Positions 37,461 through 47,489 of a stretch of 64,000 nt of DNA are shown one piece after another (the first letter of the stretch is position 1; every line of letters starts with the position of its first letter). Source of the DNA: Mobula hypostoma. Taxonomy: Eukaryota. The notes beneath the pieces were generated by a model, which worked only from the letters and a program-made list of their open reading frames with translations, was not told the origin of the DNA and searched no databases. The stretch spans positions 14,570,001 through 14,634,000 of the forward strand of contig NC_086101.1 of NCBI RefSeq assembly GCF_963921235.1, in the 5' to 3' direction. The position numbers were made by a program, and so were the translations under genes.

Positions 37461-39265
37461 TATCTTTCTTTGATTTAATGATCAAATAAATTGGAAAATC
37501 TTGTAAGTCGCCCAGACTGAAGTCAATACATTCACTTCACTCTTCTGGGAAATGATAACTGGTTTAGCATTTGCATATTATTTCACTAGAAATACATTCG
37601 ACTCCTACCTCACATTTTCTTCCTTCAATAGCTTAAAGCTTTCGCGTTGTATAAACTCTCTCACATCGCTTTGGGCCGTGGTACGCAAGATTAGGGACCA
37701 GTATCAGATGATGACATCAGGTCGGGTCATGTAACCTAAATCTGACGGCTCATTCGTCGTATATATTCTGGGGTTCTCCGTACGGCAGAGAGATCTGTTC
37801 AGGATCAGTAGCAAGTCCGGTTGTTTCAACTCTTACTAGCGAATTCTGAGCCGATTCGTTTCTGTTCAAGTACTGTATGCGGTACCACCGTTTGAAAATT
37901 TGTTCTTTTGGCAGTCTTTGGTGCCCAACTGTGAGAACAGAGAATTCATCCAGAATAGCGCTTCCTCGGTAGTGAAGCTGGAACTGCTGGGATGCCGGCA
38001 TGGATTATCTTGCCGTCTGCGTGCAAAGTCTATTGTGAGACTGGAATCTGTTGCCTTCTAAACAAATAACAAAAATGCGCTTCCCTTCTAACCCTCGGGA
38101 TAATATTCAAGTTGACAAATCCGCATAATCCCTAGCGGAAGTGGAACAATTTATTGTGACATTAGGTAATTTCTAAGGTAGGGACATGTTCGGCACAGCT
38201 TTGTGGGCAGAAGGGCCTGCATTATGCTGTAGGTTTTCTGTGTTCTCTGGTTCTATTATTTTTCTCCATTTTTCTATCGGCATTCTCCTTTGAAAATAAA
38301 CTATGAATGTCCATTTTCCTCAACATTGTCCAACTGATTAATATGCTGGTTAGAACATAAAACAGTACAGTATAGTACAGCCCTTCGGCCCACAATGTTG
38401 TGCTGACTTCAAGATCAACCTAACACTTTCCTGCCGCATTGCCCTCCGTTCTTCATTCATCTGTGTGCTCATCTAAGCGTGTCTAAAATGTCCCTAATAT
38501 ATCCGCCTCTACCACCACTCCTGGCAGGCGCTGAACGCACTTACCATTCTCTGTGTGAAGAAAAAAATACATTTGACATAACTCTTACATGTCCTCTAAT
38601 CACCTTAAAATTGCGTCCTCTTGTCTGAACTATTTCCACCCTCGCTGTTCTCTCAATCCATGTCTCTTATCATCCTATACACCTCAATCAATTCACTTCT
38701 CACCCTCCATCTCTCCAATATTAGGTTTCCTAGCAACGCAAACATGAATTAAGTGATCAATAATTGTTTTCAGAAGGAGCTGTCGGCTATATTCCACATG
38801 CAGGTAGCCTTCTTTGCAGTTACTGACGTGTGTTTTCTTTACAGAGAATGGTGCCTTCCCGGCTATACCTGCAGGTGTCTTAATAATTAAGGTACTGAAT
38901 GTTTCCGCGGCTAAACGGCGTTTCTTCAGGTAGGACGTTTGTCTCAGTGGAAATATGGGTAAGTGAATTGACAGTATAGGGGTTGAATTCTGACTAAACT
39001 GCTGGGATATTTGAATTTAAATATCATTTCTCTTTAAGCTGGCATCCCCTGTGGTCACTATGAAACTGCTGAATTGTGAACAACTACCTCGCTCGCTAAT
39101 GTTCTCAGGGAAAGTAAATTTCTCTTCCTCGTTTAATCCGGCCTGTCCGAGACTTCAAATACACGGCTTCCTAATTGCCTGGGTGCAGAATATAATATAA
39201 ATAACTCTTTGGATACCGGATACTGTTTATTGTCGTATCTATACGTGGAGGAATATCGTGAAAGA

Positions 39266-39308
39266 ATGAATCTTGCCCTGCATATCTGGACGCTGATGCC
39301 TCTCTTAA
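39266..39308 (+). CDS. Gene 2 leader exon
   Basis: 43 nt, phase-1 donor GTAAGC at 39309; same length as the gene 1 leader, with Trp at position 8 in both. Confidence 0.75.
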
Positions 39309-42300
39309 GTAAGCCCTTTCTTTTTTTTCAATACTTTACTAGAGTATAGTCCGTCCAAATTATTACATACAAACACACACAGAAATATCGGAGCAGGAGT
39401 AGTCTGTTTGGCCTCTCATTTCGATATCATCAAAGCTCATCTGCCCTGGGCCTCAAATCACTTCTGAGCCAGTGTCCCGCTGCGCTCAATTGCCGATCTT
39501 TCAAAACTGAACCCACTTTCTCTCTAAATACGTCCAGTGTTAGAGCTCCGAGATCATCCCAGGTAGCCACGACCAGAAACTCATTATCCTCTGCGAGAGG
39601 AAATTTCCACGCATGTCAATTCCACAGTCCCACTTCGACCCGACACCCCTCTACCCCTAACGATCTTGTAACCAAATCCCATCTTTCGAAAATCGACAAC
39701 AAGCGGAAATACCTCAGTATTTACACTTTCATGCCCATTTAAGATCTGAAATGTGGCAATCCATTTACACTTTCACTTAAACACGAACGAATGCAGGTCT
39801 AGCTCTTCTAGCCCTTCTTGGGAGGTCAACCCCCTATTCCTGGGAATTACACTCGTTATGTCTCCAATGCTAACAGATCTTCGAACAAAATAAGAGGACT
39901 AAAACTACACAATCACCCCAGATGCAGTTCTCACGAGAACCCTGTATAAATTTGAATCAATACTCTGTTTTGAAATCTAACCTTATTGCAATAGAGGTAA
40001 ATACACCATTTATAATTTATACACTAAGTAACTACCCGATTAGGGACTGGAATGCACTGGGTGTATATTCTTAGTCTTCTGCTGCTGTAGCCCATAGATT
40101 TCAAGGTTCGATAGTTATGCATTCAGAGATGTTTTCTGCTCACCAGTATTGAGTTACTGTCGCCTTTCTGTCAGCTTGAACCACTCTGGCCGTTTCCATC
40201 TGAACGCCCTCATTACCAATACAATCACAAATAAGAGGAAATCTGCAGATGCTGGAAAGCCAAGCAATACATACAAAATGCTGGAGGAACTCAGCAGGCA
40301 AGCCAGTGAGCTGCAATTCTGTGTATGGAAACGTCTTGTTTATGAGGGCAACACACACAAAGTGCTGGAGGAACTCAGCAGGCCAGGCAGCATCTATGGA
40401 AAAGAGTACTGTCGACGTTTCGGCCCGCGAACCTTCATCAGGACTGGAAAAAAGTTGAAGACCTCTGCTTTCTTACTTTGACTCCTCAACTTTTTTCCAG
40501 TCCTGATGAAGGGTCTCGGCCCGAAACGTCGACTGTACTCATTTCCATAGATGCTGCCTGGCCTACTGAGTTCCTCCAGTACTTTGTGTGTGTTGCCCTC
40601 ATTAACAAGACGTTTCCACACACAGAATTGCAGCTCACTGGACTTTCTCTCTAAACTGTTGCCCGCAAAAATCCCAGACTTTTCTGAGACTGTTAAATCA
40701 ATCCGTGTGGCACCAATAATCATTCTACGGTCAAAGTCACTTAGATCACATTTATTCCATAGTTTGATGGTTGGTCTGAACAACTGAACCGCTTGCTGAT
40801 ATCTGCACAGAGTTGCTCTCGCACGATTAGATATTTGCATTAACGAGCAGGTGTACATAATAAAGTGGCCACTGAGTTCATATTTATAAATTACAGCGAC
40901 AACTGCCAGAAAAATAGATGTATTTCAATCACCACCTTCCATTGAGACCGTCGAAGGAGAGACAGTCAACCTTCTGTGCACGTATAACACAACGTATAAG
41001 GGCATCGGGGCGTTTATGTGGTACAAAGCTGCAATGAATGGAATTGAAGAAGCCGAAGTAACTAACACATCCACAAGATACTCCGGTAGAATATTGAAAG
41101 TGGATAGAGCTTCTTTTCTGTTGGACCGGAACGCTTCTATCACGATCACAAACGTTAGACGTGATGACTCAGGGACATATATTTGCCAGGTGGAAATGGT
41201 ACTCGTGGAGAAAGTCAGAGGACCAGGAACAATATTAACAGTTAAATGTAAGTCCGTGTGAAAATGTGAATAGTCCATAAGACCCTAAATAGACCGTAGG
41301 GCACAGGAGCAGAATTAGGCCACTCGGCTCATCGGGTCTGCTTCGTCATTTCATCATGGCTGATCTATTATCCCGCTCAACCCCATTCTCCTGCCGTCTC
41401 TTCGGAACTTTTGATATCCTGGCTAAGCAACAACCTGCCTAGCCCCTTCAATATTTGATAGATTACAACTAGATCCACCCTCTCAGTCGTCTAAACCCCA
41501 GCGAGTACAGGTCCAGAGCCATCAAACGCTCGTCATAAGTTAACTGTTTCATTCCTTCTCCAAATCCATCACATATTTTCTTAAATAAGGGGCCAAAATT
41601 GCTGACAATACTCCAAAAGTACAGCCTGGCCAATGCTTTATAAAGCCTCAGCATTACAACCTGGTTTTTATATTCTAGTCCTTCTGAAATGAATGCCAAC
41701 AGTGCACTTGCCTTCCTTATCATTGGCTCAACTTGCAAGATAGCTTTTAGGGAAATCCCAAGACCCTTTGCATCTCTGATTTTTGAATTTTACCCATGTT
41801 TAGAAAATATTCTACGCCTCTATTCCTTCTACCAAAGTGAACGATCACTTCCCTACACAATATTCCATCTGCCATTTCTTTGTTCATTCTCTCAATCTGT
41901 CCAAGTCCTTCTGCAGACTCCCTGCTCCCTCAACAATACCTTCCCGACCACCTGTCTTCGTATCGTCTCCAAACTTGGCCAGAAAACCATTATTTATGTC
42001 ATACAAACCATTGGACTATAATGTGTAAAGAAGCGGTGGCAAGCCCATCTACAGTAGGCCACCTTGTTCTGATTCTTTCCCTCCTTCCAGATGGTCAGAT
42101 GAGTATCCATTCTAGAATCTTTCTTGCACTGTCCTTCGCTCTTATGCTGTCAAGTAGCCTCATGTGTGGCACCTTGTCAATTCCGAAACCTGCCAATTCC
42201 TCAAACAATTCCAACAGATTTGTCAATAACCTCTAACAACTTCACTACCTTCATACATTTCAGCTTCTCAAGCACCTTCTCCTTAGTAATAAGAATTACA

Positions 42301-45300
42301 CTCACTTCTGCCCCTTGACACCCTTGAATTTCCAGCATACTGCTACTCTCTCCCGTTGTTATGAATGCTGCAAAATATTTATTAAGATCGTCCATCATTC
42401 CTTTGTTCCCTATTCTTTCTCCTCCAGACTCATTTTCCAACGGTCCAATATTCACTCTCTCCTCTCTTTTACATTTTATATAAATGAAAAAATAACTTCT
42501 GGTATCCTCGTTGATAATCCCTTTGGGACTTTTATAGCTGGATTTAAAAACATCATTTTTATAGCAGAAGCAGGCAGTACCTTTGGAAAAGGCACACTCG
42601 ACTTTTCGGGCCGAAACCCTTCGGCAAGACTGGAAAAAATAGCCATTTTAATTCCACTCCCTATTCCCATTCCGATATGTCCATCCATGGCCTCCTCCAC
42701 TGTCGTGATAAGGCAACACTTAGGTTAGAGGAACAGCACCTTATATTCCATTTGAGTAGCCTCCAACCTGATGGCATGAACATCGATTTCTCAAACTTCT
42801 GGTGACGCCTCCTCACCCCCTTTACCATTTCCCATCCTCCTTCTCTTTTTCTCATGTTATCTCCTTGCCCGCCCATCACCTTCCTCTGGTACTCCGCCTC
42901 CGCCCCCCGTCCACTTTTTTCTATCTTCCATGCCTTTCACCAATCAACTTTCTAGCTATTTGCTTCATCCCCCCCCCCCACCATCTCAAAGTTTCACTTA
43001 ACGCCTAGTGTTTCTCTCTCTCCTCCCCCCGCCTTTCAAATCTACTCCTCAGCCTTCTTTTCCAATCCTGCCGACGGGTCTCGACCGGAAACGTCGAATG
43101 TGCTTTTTTTCCCCCATAGATGCTGCCTGGCCCGCTGAGTTCCTCCTTCATTTTGTGTGTGTTGCTGAGATTTTCAGCATCTGAAGATTTTCTCTTGTTT
43201 ATTACAGCAGAAGTATTGGTTTTTAAAAGTTTATCAATCCTCTAACTTGCTACTAGAATTTTTCTGTATTATATACTCTCTCTTTTGCTATGACTTCCCT
43301 TGTAACCCAAGTTGTCTCATTCTCCTTTTAGAATACTTCATCTTTGGGATGTATATATCCTGTGCCTATCGAACTGCTGCCAGAAACGCCAGCCATTGCT
43401 GATCAGCCGTCATCCCTGCTAGTGTTCCTTTCCAATCCTCTTTGGCCAGCTCCTTTTTCAAGCGTCTGAAATTCCCTTTATCCACTGTAACACTGACACA
43501 CCCGACTTTATCTTCTCCCTCTCAAACTGCAAGGCGAATTCTAACCCTTGAACACTTACTCATAAAGGCTCTTTTACTTTAAGCTCTAATTAACTTTCGT
43601 TCATTACAGTACAACCAATCGAGAATTGCCTTTACCTTCGTGGGCTCAACCAGAAGCTGCTATTAAAAGCGATCTCGTAGGCATTCTGCAAATTCTCTCT
43701 CATAAGGTCCAGTACCTACCCAATTTTCCCAAACTCCCTGCATTTTGAAATCCCTGTTGACTTTCGAAACATTGACCTTATTACATGCATGTCCTATTTC
43801 CCGTTGAAATATATATTCCACATTCAGCTATTGTTCGGGGGTCTGTATATAACTGCCACCTAGGTGTTTTTACCCTTGCAGTTTCTTAACTCTACCCACA
43901 AAAATTCTACATCTTCCTCGATCCTATGTCATCTCTTTCTAAGGATTTGATTTCATTTATTACTAGCAGAGCCACCTCAACCCCTTTGGCTATTTGCTTG
44001 TCCTTTTGATACAATTTGTATCCTTGGATGTTAAGCTCCCAACTATGATCTTGTACAGTCATTGCTCATAAATGCCCAAGAGCATCATACCTCCCAATCT
44101 CTAATCACGCTACAGGATCATCTACCTTATTTCGCGTACTGTGTGCATTCAAATATGACACCTTCAGTCCTGCGTTCATCGCCATTTTCTATGATGCCCC
44201 CATGTTAGACTTCACCTCATCCCTCTGACTGCAGGTCCTCCTACCATATGCGCAGTGTTCATACTCACAGCGTCACTGCACGTTGCATCCTGCCAATTTA
44301 CCTTCACCTTAGAATATTTGAATAAGTGAGAGATAGATACATGTGCGGTTATATAACTGGATGGACCGGTACATAGGTATGTATGTATTTATGTATGTAT
44401 GTATGTATGTATGTAGGTAGGTAGATAAACAGTCAGATAGACAGGCAGGCAGACAGACAGATAGACAGAGGCAGATAGATTGTTAAACACATTCACAGAT
44501 AAGTAGATGGAGACAGACACACAGACAGACGCTCAGACCGACAGACTGAGAAACTGACTGACAGACAAATAGAGGAATGGGTCGTAAGGTAGATATAAAC
44601 AGAGACAGAGGGAATGGAGTATGTAATAGTGAGAGAAAATAAAGACAGACGGACAGACGGGGATGGAAATAGGAAAACTGGCACATAATGTGTCCTTAGG
44701 ATCATAAGACAATAGAATTGTTGAGAATGTTTGATATGGAGTAACAGGCTGCCTAAGTTTATGCTGGAAGGATAACTAACTTAGTCAGTCAGCCCTCCAG
44801 CACGAGGTTGGTAGCCCTGCATGATACAGCTCTTCAAGTGCACATCCGCAACTAGGGTTTCAGATTACGCCACACCTCTAGAAAGCAGGTTCCATACCCC
44901 TATCAAATGTCTTGTTTCCTCCTTAAAAATTCATACTGGAAGGCTGCTGGTCAAATTGAACAGAACAAATTAATCTATGTGAATGCATGTTGCAAACTAG
45001 CGTGAATTTGTAAAAGGATTTGTGAAAGGTTACCATGGATTTAACTCAGTGAATCTAATGCAAGACGAACCAGCCAGGATGTGAAATAAACAATACAGCA
45101 AGTGCTCTCCAATTTTTACACTTGCGTTGGATGGAAATCCACCTTTTGTTTCTGTATTCAATATTCCGCCAGCAGTTTGCAGAGAAAATGAAGGAAAAAA
45201 AAACTAGCATTGATTCTTTAAAGTTCAAATTTCAAGGTAAAATGATTATCAAAGTATACCTGAGATTCATTTTCTTGCAGGCATTCACATCATATAAAAA

Positions 45301-46423
45301 GAAACGCAACAGATTCAATGAAGCACTGCAGTGCACACAACAGAGCCCGACAAACAACCAATGTGCAAAAGACAAAACAAATAAACAAATGAATAAATAA
45401 ATAAATAAAATAGTGTAAATATTGAGAGCACGAATTGTAGAGCCCTTGAAAGTGAATGCACAGGCTGTGGAATCAGTTTAGGTTGAGATGAGTGAATTTA
45501 TCAACTCTGGTTCTAGAACCTGATGGTTGAAGGGTAATAACTGTTCCTGAACCTGGTGGTGTGGGACTCAAGGCTCCTGTACCTCCTTCCTGATGGCAGC
45601 AGTGAGAAGAGAGCATGGCCTGGATAGTGGGGCTCCTTGATGGTAGATGCTGCTTTCCTGTGACAGCGCTCCAGGTAGATGTGCTAAATAGTGAGGTGGC
45701 TTTAATTGTGGTGAACTTAATTCTGAACATTAAGGCAGAAGCCATCATCCTTTCATGTTTAAAAACAGATGATGGGAAGTTTTTGTAAACCGAAGAGATT
45801 CTGCGAAATGATGAAATCCAGCGTAGCACATACAAAATGCTGGAGGAACTCGGCAGGAGAGGCAGCATCAATGGAAAAGAATTAACAGTCGACTGTTGGA
45901 GCGGAGACTTCATCAGGATGAAGAACTTACGAGGAAGGGTCTCTGTCCGAAATGTCGACTGTTTATTCCCCTCCATTGATGCTGCCCGACCAGATGAGAT
46001 CCTCCAGCCTTTTGTATGTTGCAATGATAGTGTTTAAGTTGGTGAAACGCAACAATGTTCATTGTTGAAGTAGGTCCAATAAAATAATACAAATAATAAG
46101 CTGTTATCCTGCTTTGTAATATGAATACCGTAGTGAAATCTACAGCAACGTCAATTGCTAGGTTATATATGCCCGTATAGGGAAATAATTCAAGGACTCT
46201 ACAACTCACGTTCTCAATATTAACCCACAAGATTAATTGAAAATAAATCGAATTCAGGAATGTAATTTTGAAATCTATTGCTTCGATTTCAACAGATGTG
46301 ACCACGCTGGAAAGGAGCAGCAGGAATTGGCGATCGCAGTTCATCGTAATTGGGGTGAAGGCTGCAGCGTTTATAGTGACCATCATTTTAACCATTGCCC
46401 TTATGCACTTTTGGGGAACTTAA
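39266..46423 (+). CDS. NCR3: Gene 2: NKp30/NCR3-like activating receptor; join(39266-39308,40897-41247,46296-46423), 173 aa
   Basis: Leader MNLALHIWTLMPLLTTTA; V domain matches the recalled human NKp30 pattern (Q.P.I.T.EG...L.C..N, EV.N.T..GR, FL.D..A.I.I..VR..D..Y.C.VE...G.GT.L.V); TM FIVIGVKAAAFIVTIILTIALMHFW with Lys; stop 2 residues after the TM. GT-AG junctions, phases compatible. The symbol is family-level; orthology is not established. Confidence 0.82.
40216..40594. mobile_element. Penelope-derived inverted pLTR insertion with 10-bp TSD
   Basis: TSD GCCCTCATTA at 40206-40215 and 40595-40604; 156-bp inverted arms at 40303-40458 and 40486-40641. Confidence 0.8.
40498..40535 (+). ncRNA. 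Minimal type I hammerhead ribozyme motif (Penelope-type)
   Basis: Stem I CAGTC/GACTG; core CTGATGA; stem II GGG-TCTCGG-CCC after one extra A; GAAA; loopless palindromic stem III ACGT; GTC cleavage triplet. Activity untested. Confidence 0.75.
40897..41247 (+). CDS. NCR3: Gene 2 V-type Ig exon (NKp30-like)
   Basis: ttacAG acceptor, GTAAGT donor, 351 nt; IDVFQSPPSIETVEGETVNLLCTYNTT...WYK...EVTNTSTRYSGRI...DDSGTYICQVEM...GPGTILTVK. Confidence 0.93.
41280..44270 (-). mobile_element. Degraded CR1 LINE pieces in gene 2 intron 2, interrupted by a Penelope fragment
   Basis: IGPLENESG...DLNKYFA; MLRLYKALARL; QLTYDERLMALDLYSL.FRRLRG. Confidence 0.8.
42560..43200 (+). mobile_element. Penelope-like element 3' end: GIY-YIG endonuclease C-terminus, 3' UTR and pLTR, with inverted pLTR at the 5' side
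   Basis: 42641-42805 reads SHFNSTPYSHSDMSIHGLLHCRDKATLRLEEQHLIFHLSSLQPDGMNIDFSNFW*; degenerate hammerhead motifs near 42600-42635 (-) and 43065-43100 (+). Confidence 0.8.
44380..44680 (+). repeat. Compound (GTAT)n/(GACA)n simple repeat
   Basis: Seen directly. Confidence 0.85.
45430..45760 (-). mobile_element. Rex1/Babar-type LINE 3' fragment
   Basis: Minus strand KEPHYPGHALFSLLPSGRRYRSL..HTTRFRNSYYP-type peptide. Confidence 0.75.
46296..46423 (+). CDS. Gene 2 stalk plus TM plus stop exon, with transmembrane lysine
   Basis: ttcaacAG acceptor, phase 1; Lys codon at 46358-46360; TAA at 46421-46423. Confidence 0.85.
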
Positions 46424-47489
46424 GACCATATAAGAGAAGAATGATCTATCAGGAAAACATTCAACACAAAACTATAGAAATTCTTTGTGTCTTCGAATAT
46501 CCAACCATTCGATAAAGAGATGATATAAACGAAATTTTGTGAAAGTGTAAAAGTTAAGACAACTCGAAGTGCGGCGTAATATCGTAGGTAGGATGTTCCG
46601 GTTTCTATTCTGCATGCATAGAAACCTTGCACAGCTTTACTAAAATGCTGTATAGTTAACACATTTATAGAATTGATATGAAGTATGAGTATTTTAAAGG
46701 CAATGGTTGTATGTTGTGTTACTAATTAATTAGGATGTTTACTGATTGAATGAATTTGAGAAGTCTGGTTTCCTTGTTCTTGAATTATTCCCGGAAATGA
46801 TAAGTGCTGGACTGGAACCAACGTGATCCAGTTCTCGGGCAAGTCATGGTTCGCTGATCGCTGGCAATCACTGAAACACACTAAGCATCAGTAATCATTT
46901 ATTGGTTTAGACACTTCATACCTGATGAAAGCGCAGGCTGCAAATTTTATAAACGTTTATGCACAAGTCTGCAGTTCAAGTAACATATATTTCTCATATA
47001 GCCCTGTTTATTGCGGATTCTAGTTACATCTTACAGGAAATATTTTACTTAAGCAGGTGTTGATTATTTGCTTAAAATGGCAGGGTGGGAAAGGAGCTTG
47101 TTTTGCTGTTCGCACACAACGTCCTGGAGAACTCAACCGGCCAGCCAGCATCTAGTGAATATTCCATCGATGCTGCCGATGAGTTCCAGCTGCACTTTGT
47201 GTATGTTCTTCACGATTTCCAGCATCTGAGAGTGTTTCTGTTTGCTGTTGTTAATGCCGCTGCTGGTGTTGTACTGATATACATTGTGGGAATGCTATGC
47301 TGGCGCCGGAAGGTGTGGAAGTACTTGCGGTCTGTCCCAAGCACACCATCGGGTGTTTTGTTAACACAAACGACGAATATCACTGTATGTTTTGATATAG
47401 ATGTGATAAAAGTATGAATCTGAATCTCACGACGCAGATTTCTCGACATGTGCCGGTGATACTGAACCTGATTCTGATCGGATTCACAA

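Larger units (their letters stand above)
40050..40877 (-). mobile_element. Tc1/mariner remnant interrupted by a Penelope fold-back insertion
   Basis: Terminal sequence CTCAGTGGCCACTTTATT...CACCTGCTCGTTAATGCAAATATCTAATC typical of fish Tc1-like elements; transposase N-terminal DLSDFDRRMIIGA; continues at 40050-40215 past the insertion. Confidence 0.75.

Noticed and set aside
38833-38959. Possible Lys-containing TM exon (AFPAIPAGVLIIKVLNVSAAKRR) with nearby donors
   Set aside because: Hydrophobic run too short and no upstream V exon; may be untranslated 5' exon sequence of gene 2.
45913-46395. 160-aa minus ORF that looks like a membrane protein or GPCR fragment
   Set aside because: Antisense shadow of the gene 2 TM exon plus AT-rich intron and a Penelope remnant; no GPCR motifs.
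47085-47417. ORF with a hydrophobic TM-like stretch (FLFAVVNAAAGVVLIYIVGMLCWRRK)
   Set aside because: It overlaps Penelope and LINE-tail repeat sequence, has no good phase-1 acceptor, and gene 2 already stops at 46423.
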